In this document: in pieces, positions 27,866 to 37,373 of the stretch | Layout: the number at the start of each line of letters is the position of its first letter | How positions within the stretch are numbered: the stretch's first letter is position 1 | NCBI GenBank assembly: GCA_021776345.1 | Contig: JAJFGC010000163.1 | Span: 1-58,801, forward strand | Length of the DNA: 58,801 bases | Direction: 5' to 3' | Origin: Hyphococcus sp. | Lineage (GTDB): Bacteria > Pseudomonadota > Alphaproteobacteria > Caulobacterales > Parvularculaceae | Program-made: the position numbers and the translations under genes | The notes under the pieces: model-generated | What the model was told of the DNA's origin: nothing | The model's database searches: none | What the model saw: the letters and a program-made list of their open reading frames with translations, nothing else

Positions 27866-28927
27866 TTAGCTCTTTCGCGCTTCAAGGATGATTTTAAACG
27901 GTGTTCTCGCTGCGACACGGACATTTGCAAAACCTGCTTCACGCAGCACTTCTGACAGTTTTTTCGGCCCGGCTTGTGCGCCGAGGCCCGTTTTAACTTC
28001 CTGTGAAAGCGAGCATGGCGTGCACACACCCGTTGAGGCGGCGTAATAAAGTCTACTTACGGGGTTGATGTTATTTTCAACGCCATCTTCCGCGGCGGGC
28101 TCAACGAGTAACAGCGTGCCGCCGGGTTTCAGCGCGCGATATGCATGGCTTGCGGCGCCGATTGGATCGCCCATATCGTGAAGGCAATCCATGAAGCAGA
28201 TCAAGTCGAAGTCTTTTTCGGTGTAGGTCTTTGCAAGCGCCGTTTCAAACTTCAGATTGGCGCCGACGCCGGCCCCAATTGCGCGCTCCTTAGCTATCTT
28301 AATCGAGGCTTTGTGGGCATCGATGCCGACGACCGTCGCGTTCGGAAACGCTTCAGCCATGATGATGGCGGATGCGCCGTGCCCACAGCCAATGTCTGCA
28401 ATCTTGGCGCCCGATTTCAGTTTCGCCTCGACGCCGTCAAGGGCTGCAATCCAGTCAGAGACAAGGCTCGCCTCATAGCCCGGCTTGAAGAGTGCTTCAC
28501 AACCGCAATAAAGGCCTTCGTGATGGCCGTCCCAGGCAATACCGTCGCCGGTCTGAAACGCGCTTTCGATTTTTTTCCGGTCGAACCAGAGCGATGCGCA
28601 AACTTCTAGGGCAGGGACCAGAAAAACTGGGCTGTCTTCAACCGCCAACACAGGAACATGTGCATCGGGCAATTCGTACAGACCGCTTTTTGGTTCATAG
28701 ATAATGTACCCGCCCGCGACCTGATTGTTTAACCATTCGCGCACATAGCGTTCATGCAGCGATGTTTTCTCCGCCAGTGCGGATGACGTTACCATCCCGG
28801 CGCCTGCCAGCGCTTTGTAAAGCCCAAGGCGATGACCAATTGTTGTCATCACGCCTGAGATAGCGGCAGCGACATCAGTGACGACTTGCCCGGTGAAGTT
28901 TTGTGTCTGTTCCATTGTATTGTTCAT
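27866..28927 (-). CDS. Class I SAM-dependent methyltransferase with N-terminal winged helix (Rv2258c-like)
   Basis: IGHRLGLYKAL..ERYVREWL, IADIGCGHG, DCLHDMGDP, LGAQAG. Confidence 0.88.
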   Translation of the reverse strand: MNNTMEQTQNFTGQVVTDVAAAISGVMTTIGHRLGLYKALAGAGMVTSSALAEKTSLHERYVREWLNNQVAGGYIIYEPKSGLYELPDAHVPVLAVEDSPVFLVPALEVCASLWFDRKKIESAFQTGDGIAWDGHHEGLYCGCEALFKPGYEASLVSDWIAALDGVEAKLKSGAKIADIGCGHGASAIIMAEAFPNATVVGIDAHKASIKIAKERAIGAGVGANLKFETALAKTYTEKDFDLICFMDCLHDMGDPIGAASHAYRALKPGGTLLLVEPAAEDGVENNINPVSRLYYAASTGVCTPCSLSQEVKTGLGAQAGPKKLSEVLREAGFANVRVAARTPFKIILEARKS

Positions 28928-28940
28928 GTTGAAAATTCCT

Positions 28941-29522
28941 TTAAGCGGCGTCTGACGCGCCAATTGTTGTTTTTGTCGGCGACCAGACTTGCGCTGCGAA
29001 AGCGTCATCGAGCGGCACGCGTGCAATCTTGCTGGCGAAGTTGGTCATTGTTTTTCCCGCAACGCCGACCAAAAGCTCCAGGATTTGCGGTGCGTTAAAT
29101 CCGGCATTCAGGAATGGCCGAATGTCGGCGGCGCCGATGGCGCCTTTCTTTTCAAGAATACATAGCGTTATCTGGCCGAGCGCCTGCAGACGCGGTTCAT
29201 CACTCACACCGCCAGCGCGAACCGCATCGATGGTCACGGCGTCAACACCGTGCTGGAGAGCAAAGGTTGAATGTCCGGCCACGCAATAAGGACATTGCTT
29301 AAAAACGCTGGTGGTAAGCGCGATGATCTCACATTCAGCCGGCGAGAACGATGTTTCTTCAAAGGCCGCATTCAACGATGTCAGCCCTGTCAGCGCGGCA
29401 GGAGCAGCGGCGAACACGCCATGGACGTTTGGAACAAAACCCAGCCCCTCTTTGATCGCGCCCAAAATTTCGCGTGACGCCTCAGGCGCCGTCGCGGCGG
29501 TTTCAATTCTAAATCCGGTCAT
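28941..29522 (-). CDS. Carboxymuconolactone decarboxylase/AhpD family protein
   Basis: GFVPNV, CPYCVAGHS (CxxC..H). Confidence 0.88.
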   Translation of the reverse strand: MTGFRIETAATAPEASREILGAIKEGLGFVPNVHGVFAAAPAALTGLTSLNAAFEETSFSPAECEIIALTTSVFKQCPYCVAGHSTFALQHGVDAVTIDAVRAGGVSDEPRLQALGQITLCILEKKGAIGAADIRPFLNAGFNAPQILELLVGVAGKTMTNFASKIARVPLDDAFAAQVWSPTKTTIGASDAA

Positions 29523-29586
29523 TTTGCCGATCTCCTTTTCGATCTATTCGATGAAAAAGGGCTACGGCTTGAGGGCGTCGGCCAAT

Positions 29587-29647
29587 ACTTCGCAATTCAG
29601 AGCATTCCGCTTCGGATTGCGAAGTATACGACTTCGAAAATCGAAGT
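29587..29647. promoter_or_regulatory. Three phased ACTTCG-N5-CGAAGT boxes (putative HxlR operator)
   Basis: ACTTCGCAATTCAGAGC (29587), GCTTCGGATTGCGAAGT (29609), ACTTCGAAAATCGAAGT (29631); 22-bp period, between divergent ahpD and hxlR genes. Confidence 0.65.
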
Positions 29648-29675
29648 TAGGGTCCTGTCAAAAGGAGCAACCGCC

Positions 29676-30346
29676 ATGAAATACAGTCAGTTTTGTCCGA
29701 TAGCGAAGGCGACGGAAGTTCTTGGCGATAGGTGGACCTTTCTGGTCGCAAGAGAAATCTTGATGGGCGCGAGCCGGTTTAGCGAATTGCAGCGGGGGCT
29801 TGGTTCAATATCGACGGCGGTGCTCAGCGAACGATTGAAGACCATGTCGGAACATGGCCTGATCATTCGCCGCAAACTTACCGGCAAGCGCGGGTTTGAG
29901 TATTTTCCGACGCCAGCCTGCAAGGAACTGCTTCCGATCATCGTATCGCTCGGCGCCTGGGGAATGCGTTGGGCCAAAGACAATCTCGTGGACGAGGACT
30001 ACGATGTTGAGCTGTTGATGCTCTATCTGGAGCGCAGCGTCGTAAGGGAAATGCTCCCCGGTCCGCAAACCATATTGCAGTTTGAGTTCAGTGATCTAAA
30101 AAAGATGCGTCTGTGGTGGCTGGTCGTAAACGAGAACAATGTCGAGGTGTGCGAGAAAAACCCCGGCTATGACATTGCGTGTACTTCACCTCAACAGTGC
30201 GTGTGATGACTGATGTTTGGCTTGGCCACAGAACATATAAAGACGCTATTCGCGCTGAGGAGCTTACGATCGTTGGCGACAGCGCGCTGACCAGAACAGT
30301 CAGCACGTGGCTTGCTTGCACAACGTTTTCGCAAACGGCGGCGTAG
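29676..30346 (+). pseudogene. HxlR-family winged-helix regulator with C-terminal SCP2-like domain, frameshifted near 30177
   Basis: YSQFCPIAKATEVLGDRWT..RFSELQRGL. The ORF stops at 30206, but another frame continues VYFTSTVRVMTDVWLGHRTYKDAIRAEELTIVGDSALTRTVSTWL to TAG 30346. Could be a sequencing error. Confidence 0.75.
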
Positions 30347-30581
30347 GCTCAAGCAGCGGCGCCTTCGACGACGGCGTTTGAAAGGCGTGTCGCAGAGGCG
30401 GATGATCAATGCGAAAACCCGCCGCATGGCAATTTCTCACGCAAGCTCGCTGCTTCGCTCATTCACAAGATCGACGCCCCGCCACGCGCACCGGCTTTTG
30501 AGGCCCCGTCAGCCTCAATCACGACAGGGTGGCTGAACGGTTGAATCTGCTATAGTCACAGTTAAAAGGCGTGAGGGCAGT

Positions 30582-32939
30582 TTGGCCGACATTTTCATTT
30601 CCTATGCTCGGTCTGACCGGGACAAGATTGAGAAGCTTGCCGCGGCGCTTACTAGCGAAGGCTGGTCGGTCTGGTGGGACCGTCATATTGCCGGCGGCGC
30701 AGAGTTTTCCAAAGACATCGAACGCGAACTTGGCGCCGCCGATGCGGTCATCGTCGCGTGGTCGAAAGAGTCCACTCAGTCGCGCTGGGTCAAAGACGAG
30801 GCCGGCATTGCTGCGGAGGGCGCAAAGCTTGTCGCCATCAGCCTTGACGGCGCGCCGCCGCCGATCGGCTTCAAGCAGTTTCATGCGATTGATTACACCG
30901 TCGCCAAGGACGCGGCGGCGTTTGCCGATTTAAAACGATCAGTGGCGTTGAAGCTTGGCCGCGAGCAGCCCGCCGAAAATGCGCCCGCGCAACCGGATCA
31001 AAAACCCAATACGGCGTCCGCGCGCAACAAAGTTTTGTTCTTCGCCGCCGGATTTTTGCTACTGTCAGTGGGCGCGATCTATCTGTTCTATGCAACCCTT
31101 CTGAGCCAGCGCCCAGTATCAGAGCAACGCCAGGCCAGCGACGCCGATGAAATTCTTGCCCCTGAAGCGGCGGCGCGTACTGACGGCTATACCTCGATCG
31201 CCGTCCTCGCCTTTTCCGATCTCAGTCCTGAAAAAGATCAGGAATATTTTTCCGACGGCATCGCAGAAGAGCTTTTAAATGTGCTCGCTCGGGAAACGGA
31301 TTTACGAGTTGCTGCGCGCACGTCTTCTTTCGCCTTCAAAGGAAAAAACGAAAGTATCCGCGCTATCGCCAGCGCGCTCAATGTTGAAACGGTGCTTGAA
31401 GGATCGGTGCGGAAGACCGGCGACAAGGTGCGCGTCACCGCACAACTCATCGACGCCGCCTCCGGCTTTCATTTGTGGTCTGAGACCTACGACCGGGAAC
31501 TCAAAGATGTCTTCGCCGTGCAGGATGAAATCGCCGGCGCTATCGTTCGCTCGATACCGGCGGCTGGCGGGCAAAACCAAGAACCCTCGGTAACGAAAGC
31601 GACGAGCGAGGCGTATGATTTGTTTCTGCAAGGGCGCCATCAACTTGCCCGGCGCACGCGCACGTCAATTGAGCAGGCGCAAATTTTGTTAGAACAGTCC
31701 GTCGCCGCCGATCCGAGTTACGCGCCCGCCTGGGCGGACCTTGCCTTGTCGGTGCTGCTTCTCCACAACGGCCCGGGCACCTATGGCGATCTAACGGTAG
31801 AAGAAACAACAGCGATCGCGGCGCCGGCAATCGAAAATGCATTAGCGCGCGACCCCGCCCTTGGCGAGGCGTTTGTTGCGCGCGGGCTGCTGCACAGTCA
31901 CCAAGGAGATACTGCGGGCGCCATTGCCGCCTATCGCAAGGCGATTGAGCTAAACCCCAGCGTCTCCAATGCGCGACACTTGCTGTATCTGGCGCTGCTC
32001 ACAACCGGCGCCTACACCGAGGCGTTTGAGGTCATTGATCGCGCGGTGGAGCTGGACCCGTTATCGGCGATCACTCTTGAAAACTATGTCCAGTCGCTGA
32101 TAATCCGCGGGCGTTTTGAACAAGCGCTGGCGGCGGCTAACCGGCTCTATAGCCTTCACCCGGGATGGCCGCTTGCCGTGGCGACAGTGTCGCGAAGCCA
32201 CGCCGCCAACGGGCAATTTGCTGAGGCCGCGAGCCACATTCTCGATGCGGTTGCTGCGTCCAGGGATAGCTTTTTTAACCAAGAAGCCGCGTTTGCCTTG
32301 CTCACCATCAAACATTTTGATCATCCTCTGCTGCAAAATGCGCCGCCCGAGCCAAAAAGCTTTTCCGATATTATGCAAAACCGCCCGGAAGAAGCGCGCC
32401 GCACGGTGATGGACTATTACCGCGCCAACCCGCAAAGCCTGAGCGCGTTGTGGCGAACCGTATGGTCTTTGTGGACGATTGGCGATCCGGAGGCGGCGCT
32501 GGCGCTGGCCGATGACTTCGCAAAACAACAAACCCAGGATGAAACCATCTGGGTCATGGCGCCGGTGAGCTGCTATCCGGGGCTATACATCGCCGGACTG
32601 CGCCAGCGCCACCGCGACCCCGCGACTGCCAATCGTATTGTTACTGCCTGCCGGCAAAAACTTGATGCAGCGGCGGCCCAAGATATCGTTTTACCGTATT
32701 ACGAACGCGATATGGTCGCCGAATTGTTGGTGCTTGAGGGCCGACATGACGAGGCCATCGCCGTTCTACGCGAGCTAGCGGACACCGGGCTCATGGCCAG
32801 CTGGTGGATCGGGGTCGAACCGATTTACGCGCCGCTGCGCGAGGATCCAAGATTTCAGGCAATCGTCGCTGACTTCAATGCGATCGCCGATCGCGAGCGT
32901 GAAGAGTTCCTGCGATTAACCGGGAGTACGGCTGAGTAG
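30582..32939 (+). CDS. TIR domain - TM - TolB_N-like - TPR protein
   Basis: DIFISYARSD..VWWD..SRWVKDEA (TIR_2); TM VLFFAAGFLLLSVGAIYLFY; SIAVLAFSDLS..DQEYFSDGIAEELLNVL; several TPRs; TTG start. Confidence 0.88.
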   Translation: MADIFISYARSDRDKIEKLAAALTSEGWSVWWDRHIAGGAEFSKDIERELGAADAVIVAWSKESTQSRWVKDEAGIAAEGAKLVAISLDGAPPPIGFKQFHAIDYTVAKDAAAFADLKRSVALKLGREQPAENAPAQPDQKPNTASARNKVLFFAAGFLLLSVGAIYLFYATLLSQRPVSEQRQASDADEILAPEAAARTDGYTSIAVLAFSDLSPEKDQEYFSDGIAEELLNVLARETDLRVAARTSSFAFKGKNESIRAIASALNVETVLEGSVRKTGDKVRVTAQLIDAASGFHLWSETYDRELKDVFAVQDEIAGAIVRSIPAAGGQNQEPSVTKATSEAYDLFLQGRHQLARRTRTSIEQAQILLEQSVAADPSYAPAWADLALSVLLLHNGPGTYGDLTVEETTAIAAPAIENALARDPALGEAFVARGLLHSHQGDTAGAIAAYRKAIELNPSVSNARHLLYLALLTTGAYTEAFEVIDRAVELDPLSAITLENYVQSLIIRGRFEQALAAANRLYSLHPGWPLAVATVSRSHAANGQFAEAASHILDAVAASRDSFFNQEAAFALLTIKHFDHPLLQNAPPEPKSFSDIMQNRPEEARRTVMDYYRANPQSLSALWRTVWSLWTIGDPEAALALADDFAKQQTQDETIWVMAPVSCYPGLYIAGLRQRHRDPATANRIVTACRQKLDAAAAQDIVLPYYERDMVAELLVLEGRHDEAIAVLRELADTGLMASWWIGVEPIYAPLREDPRFQAIVADFNAIADREREEFLRLTGSTAE

Positions 32940-32960
32940 GGCCAGGCCGCGCACCATAAC

Positions 32961-33329
32961 TTAGTAGTGAATGATAATCCGTGCGCTCGACGCGGCGGCG
33001 GGAATGACGATGGTTTCGGTCAGGGTGACGCCGCAGGAGAGCGCCGCCAGGTCGCGGCCGTCGGCGTCAGTCATGCGCGGTTCGTGTCCTTCGCCGCAGT
33101 CGAGAAAGCTCCCCCGCTCTTTCTCAACCACATAGGCGTAGTTCGGCGGGGCGGTGACATAGGCGCGGTCCGTGATCCCCCCAGTTCCCGCGCCAACGGC
33201 GACACCGCCCGCCGATCCCCCACGAGAGCCGGCCTCATGCCCACCGGCGAGCGCCGGACCCGAAAAAGCCAAAAAGACCGCTAAAATTGGCGCGGTTATG
33301 GTAAGCTTATGTTTACGATCGGGACACAT
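32961..33329 (-). CDS. Hypothetical exported Gly-rich protein
   Basis: Signal peptide ending PALA, Gly-rich N-region, two Cys in the mature part. Confidence 0.55.
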   Translation of the reverse strand: MCPDRKHKLTITAPILAVFLAFSGPALAGGHEAGSRGGSAGGVAVGAGTGGITDRAYVTAPPNYAYVVEKERGSFLDCGEGHEPRMTDADGRDLAALSCGVTLTETIVIPAAASSARIIIHY

Positions 33330-33472
33330 GGCCGCTCACACCGCAAAAGCCGCGCCGTTCGTCATTTTTGGCGAATTTGGGCGCTCACGGGCTCTTTATT
33401 TCCTTGTCAGCGCCCGAAGCCCCATGTTGTAAAGGAGGCGAGCCGGCTTGCAGGGGAGCCCGCGGAGAAAAA

Positions 33473-34405
33473 ATGTCTATTTTTGGTGATTTTAAAATTG
33501 ATGGGACGCAGCTGGTCGCGAAAGAGACCGGCGCCCAAATCCCGTTAACGTCGGATTTCGCGCGCGACGTCTGGCGGATCGGCAGCTTTATCGGCATCGT
33601 CAATGCGCTCCGCGCAACCCGGATTGTCAAGGGCCGCGAGCCGCGGGCGCGGATTTCATTCTACCCGAGAAAGCCGCGCTCCTATTATGCGATCTGGCCA
33701 GTGTGTCAGCTTGCTGACGTCAAAATAGTCGATGACCCGGCTGAAGCAGACTTACATTTCTACTTTGAAGACCGCGAGTTTCGCATCGGTCCGATGACAC
33801 CGCCGACGGATAAGCCGTCCTTTAATATTGGCTGCTATGACATTCGCAAAAGTGCGGTCAGCCGCGTCTTCGAGGAAACATTTGGCTACAGACTTGTTAT
33901 CGACCCGACAACGCACCAAGGCCCGGCGGTTGAAAAATCCGAATCCAACGGCAAGCATGATGGGCGCATTATCCAATGCCCGATTGCGGCGCCAAAACCT
34001 GGCTGTGTTTATCAGCGTCTCATCGACAATACATTTAACGGCTTTGAGCATGTTGATATTCGAACGCCAATCGTTGGCGGCAAAATCCCCTGCGTCTTTC
34101 TGAAGCGCCGGGGCAGGGACATTCGTTTTTCCAACGACAATCATCGCGTCGATCTTGTGGAAACCGACGCCATGCTCTCTTTCGACGAACAGGAAAAGAT
34201 CCGCGCCTATGCAAAGGCTATCGCCATGGATTTTGGCGGGCTTGATGTTTTGCGCGATCGCAGCGACGGGCGCATCTATATTGTCGACGCCAACAAAACC
34301 GATATGGGCCCGCCAGCGGCGTTGCGCGGACCCGACAAGCTGCGCGCCATGCGCCGGATCGCAAACGCCTTCGCCGAAATGGTCGATGAGGCCATTGCAC
34401 AATAA
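33473..34405 (+). CDS. Hypothetical protein with ATP-grasp-like C-terminus
   Basis: VEKSESNGKHDG, VYQRLID, DIRTPIVGG, DFGGLDVLRD..GRIYIVDANKT resemble ATP-grasp motifs; start set to ATG 33473. Confidence 0.65.
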   Translation: MSIFGDFKIDGTQLVAKETGAQIPLTSDFARDVWRIGSFIGIVNALRATRIVKGREPRARISFYPRKPRSYYAIWPVCQLADVKIVDDPAEADLHFYFEDREFRIGPMTPPTDKPSFNIGCYDIRKSAVSRVFEETFGYRLVIDPTTHQGPAVEKSESNGKHDGRIIQCPIAAPKPGCVYQRLIDNTFNGFEHVDIRTPIVGGKIPCVFLKRRGRDIRFSNDNHRVDLVETDAMLSFDEQEKIRAYAKAIAMDFGGLDVLRDRSDGRIYIVDANKTDMGPPAALRGPDKLRAMRRIANAFAEMVDEAIAQ

Positions 34406-34420
34406 CCCGAAGGTCGAGTT

Positions 34421-35338
34421 TTGGCGGGCATCCCTTTTGTTAAAGACATCCATTTCACGCCTGGTGTGGCCGACGAAGTCTTGCCGGGCGTTCGCCGCGT
34501 GATCGCCAATAATCCGGGGCCGTTCACTTATACGGGCTCTGGAACTTATATTATCGGGACTGGCGCGGTCGCCGTGATTGATCCGGGCCCTGCGGACGAG
34601 GCGCATCTGGACGCCCTCTTGCGTGCAACCAGCGGCGAAACCATCAGCCATATCCTGATCACCCACACTCATTCGGACCATTGCGGTGGGGCGCGCGCCT
34701 TCGCAACCCGAACCGGGGCGCCGATCCTCGCTTTTAGCGGTCATCCGGTGCGCGAGAAAAAAATAGATGCGCCCGCCCTCGACGAAGGCGCGGATTATTC
34801 GTTTGCCCCGGATGAGATTATTGGCGACGGTGCGATCATAGAAGGGCCGGCCGCTTCTCCTGATCCCTGGCGGATCGAAGCGGTGCACACGCCCGGCCAT
34901 CTGTCGAACCATCTGTGTTTTGCCCTGCCGGCCAGCAAAGTGCTCTTTACCGGCGATCACATGATGGGTTGGGCGACAACTGTTGTGGCGCCGCCGGATG
35001 GCGATATGGCGGCCTATATGCTGAGCCTCGACAAGCTGCTGGCGCGCGATGATGAGGTTTATTTGCCGACCCATGGCGCCCCGATTGTAAACCCGAAGCG
35101 GTTTACCCGCGCCGTCAGAACCCACCGCCTGATGCGCGACGGGCAAATCCTCGATCAGCTGCGATCTGGCAAGACCACGATCAAGGAAATGGTCGCGGCA
35201 ATGTATGCCGATATTGACAAACGCCTTCACGGCGCCGCGGCGCTCAACGTGCTCGCCCATCTCATTCGCCTGGTGCGCATGGGAACGGTTTCCTGCGACG
35301 GCGATCCGGGATTGAGATCGACCTATCGGCTGGTTTAA
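34421..35338 (+). CDS. MBL-fold metallo-hydrolase (LACTB2-like)
   Basis: NPGPFTYTGSGTY, THTHSDH, HTPGHLSNH, FTGDH, PTHG. Confidence 0.9.
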   Translation: MAGIPFVKDIHFTPGVADEVLPGVRRVIANNPGPFTYTGSGTYIIGTGAVAVIDPGPADEAHLDALLRATSGETISHILITHTHSDHCGGARAFATRTGAPILAFSGHPVREKKIDAPALDEGADYSFAPDEIIGDGAIIEGPAASPDPWRIEAVHTPGHLSNHLCFALPASKVLFTGDHMMGWATTVVAPPDGDMAAYMLSLDKLLARDDEVYLPTHGAPIVNPKRFTRAVRTHRLMRDGQILDQLRSGKTTIKEMVAAMYADIDKRLHGAAALNVLAHLIRLVRMGTVSCDGDPGLRSTYRLV

Positions 35339-35365
35339 CGCTGCGTCATCAGCGCCGGAAAAATT

Positions 35366-36232
35366 ATGAAAATCGCTTACCTCGCCTCTAATGTCACCTT
35401 GCCCGATTCCCCCGACCGGCGTGATGATGCGTTCGAGCATGATCAAATGATGGCGTGTCTGCGATCGGCGTTTGAGCCCCATGGCGCTGACGTTGATGAC
35501 ATCGCCTGGGACGATCCTGACGCGGATTGGCGATCCTACGACGCCGCCATCATCGGCACGACATGGGACTATGGCGATCGCCATAATGAATTCTTGGCGG
35601 CGCTTGAACAAATTGCCGGCGCGACAACGCTGTTTAATTCCCCGGCCATGGTGCGATGGAACAGCCACAAACGCTACCTGCGCGACCTTGGCGACAAAGG
35701 CGCATCGCTCATTCCGACAATATGGATTGACGACGCGAGCGAAAGCGCGGCGCGCGACGCGTTTGATAGGCTTGATGCAGATGATCTGGTCTTTAAGCGG
35801 CAGGTTGGCGCCAGCGCCCGCGGCCAACACCGCCTGCGCCGCGGTGATCCAATCCCCAAAATGCCTGAACCGATGATGGTCCAGCCTTTCTTGAAGACCA
35901 TCCAGTCTGAAGGCGAGATCAGCTTTGTCTTTATCGACGGCGCGCTGTCTCATGCGTTGGTCAAACAGGCCGCTGACGGGGATTATCGTATTCAATCGGA
36001 ATATGGCGGCAGGGAAACCGCCATCACACCGACCCCTGACGATCTTGCCCCGGCGATGCAGGTCTTGTCTGCGTTAGACGAAACCCCGCTCTATGCCCGC
36101 GTCGATATGCTGCGCGGGGATGATGGTGATCTCTTATTGATGGAATTAGAATTGGTTGAACCGTTTCTCTATCCCGTGCAGGGCCCGTCACTGGGGCCGA
36201 TGATTTACTCAGCACTGCAAAAACGGCTTTAG
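35366..36232 (+). CDS. ATP-grasp ligase (RimK/glutathione synthetase-like)
   Basis: TTWDY, WNSHKRYL, VQPFL..GEIS, DYRIQSEYGG, YARVDML..LMELELVEP. Confidence 0.85.
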   Translation: MKIAYLASNVTLPDSPDRRDDAFEHDQMMACLRSAFEPHGADVDDIAWDDPDADWRSYDAAIIGTTWDYGDRHNEFLAALEQIAGATTLFNSPAMVRWNSHKRYLRDLGDKGASLIPTIWIDDASESAARDAFDRLDADDLVFKRQVGASARGQHRLRRGDPIPKMPEPMMVQPFLKTIQSEGEISFVFIDGALSHALVKQAADGDYRIQSEYGGRETAITPTPDDLAPAMQVLSALDETPLYARVDMLRGDDGDLLLMELELVEPFLYPVQGPSLGPMIYSALQKRL

Positions 36233-36251
36233 GGATATTTTAACGCCGAAC

Positions 36252-36289
36252 AAAAAAACCGCTTATCCACGCCCCCATGGATAAACGGT
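36252..36289. terminator. Probable intrinsic terminator
   Basis: AAAAAAACCGCTTATCCA-loop-TGGATAAACGGT between convergent genes. Confidence 0.55.
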
Positions 36290-36338
36290 CTCTTGTCGCC
36301 GGGCGACTGCACCAGGCAGATCGCCTCAACTTTAAACG

Positions 36339-36689
36339 TTAGCTATTGGAGTCCTGATTAGCCCCCTGGTAGGCGTCATTAAACGCAACCCAGCCGTCAA
36401 CCATTTCAGTTTCCAGATCGACGGTCTTGTTATACTCATCGACTGCTGCTTGCCTTGCGGCATCCGGCAATTCTTTATTTGCCATGCGTTCGCCCAGGCA
36501 CTCGCGGTAAACGCCGAGCTCAGCCTGATAGGCTTTGATGCTCTGAATGGCTGCAATGCGGTCTTCCGCAGTTGCCGATGACGCATCCGGCATTGTTGGG
36601 ATGCTGCTTTCCATCGCGCACTCACCAGCATTCGCAATCCCGCACATAAGTGTGAGTGCGATTGCCGAAGCAATCGTCGTCTTTTTCAT
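36339..36689 (-). CDS. Hypothetical small exported helical protein
   Basis: MKKTTIASAIALTLMCGIANA signal peptide; two Cys in the mature part. Confidence 0.7.
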   Translation of the reverse strand: MKKTTIASAIALTLMCGIANAGECAMESSIPTMPDASSATAEDRIAAIQSIKAYQAELGVYRECLGERMANKELPDAARQAAVDEYNKTVDLETEMVDGWVAFNDAYQGANQDSNS

Positions 36690-36840
36690 GTTGAAATACC
36701 CTTCTGCTTTTCGTTTTTGATACTCAAAGGGCGGTCCTCCCGCGACCGAATTCGCAAGAACCACCCATACGGCGCCCGCCGCAATGGAGGTTTTAAATGG
36801 GTCATAAAAAAATCGCAAATTTTAGTCTAAGTGTTTGATT

Positions 36841-37362
36841 TTATTGGACGTCCATCAGCGCCCGGCGGGCCTCGGCGATCAGCCGGCGCTGGGTTTCGCT
36901 CGGCGGACCCTCGACCTCAGCGGCCCGGTCCATCATGTCGATCAGCTGCTGTTTTTCATCGAGGGTGCAGACATCTTTGACCGGCGTCAGAATTTTGCGC
37001 ACCGAATTGCCGGCATCGTTGAGCTCGCCCACCGCCATGCGCGCGAAAGCAAAAAGCCCCTCGCCGGTCTCTTCGTCCACATCAAATGCGGCGCGCATAT
37101 CCGCCACCATCGCTTGATGCTGACGATCCGTGACATCGCCGTCATAGGCGGCAATCTGATAGATAATGATCGCGGCCGCCTCGCGTGGATCAGAGAGATT
37201 TTCAATCAGCCGCTGATCGATGCGCCGGTTCCACTTGCCACGGCGGATGACGCCTTTGACATCGCGCACCGCCTCGCGCCCTTCACTGGCGGCGTTAACG
37301 AAATAAGTGAACGCCCAGAAGGCGGCGGCAATTGCGCCAAGTACGGCGATTAGGATGTGCAT
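36841..37362 (-). CDS. TerB-like (tellurite resistance/DjlA-N) domain protein
   Basis: N-terminal TM; IAAYDGDVTDRQ, EKQQLIDMMDRAAEVEG. Confidence 0.68.
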   Translation of the reverse strand: MHILIAVLGAIAAAFWAFTYFVNAASEGREAVRDVKGVIRRGKWNRRIDQRLIENLSDPREAAAIIIYQIAAYDGDVTDRQHQAMVADMRAAFDVDEETGEGLFAFARMAVGELNDAGNSVRKILTPVKDVCTLDEKQQLIDMMDRAAEVEGPPSETQRRLIAEARRALMDVQ

Positions 37363-37373
37363 GTGTTTACCGT

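Noticed and set aside
29587-29647. Periodic repeats as a mini-CRISPR
   Set aside because: 17-bp degenerate palindromes with 5-bp spacers and no cas genes; an operator array fits better.
30582-32939. Thoeris, CBASS or Pycsar defence operon
   Set aside because: No ThsA/SIR2, cyclase or STAND partner is adjacent; kept only as a stand-alone TIR receptor.
18957-33329. Possible tRNA-anchored genomic island
   Set aside because: Gene content looks accessory, but I saw no integrase, no duplicated tRNA 3' end and no sharp compositional boundary at the tRNAs.
32961-33329. RiPP precursor for the neighbouring ATP-grasp enzymes
   Set aside because: Has a Sec signal peptide, is divergently transcribed and lacks repeated graspetide core motifs.
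33752-35995. 747-aa minus-strand ORF
   Set aside because: Antisense shadow of three well-supported plus-strand genes that share a frame; no recognisable motifs, typical of high-GC codon bias.
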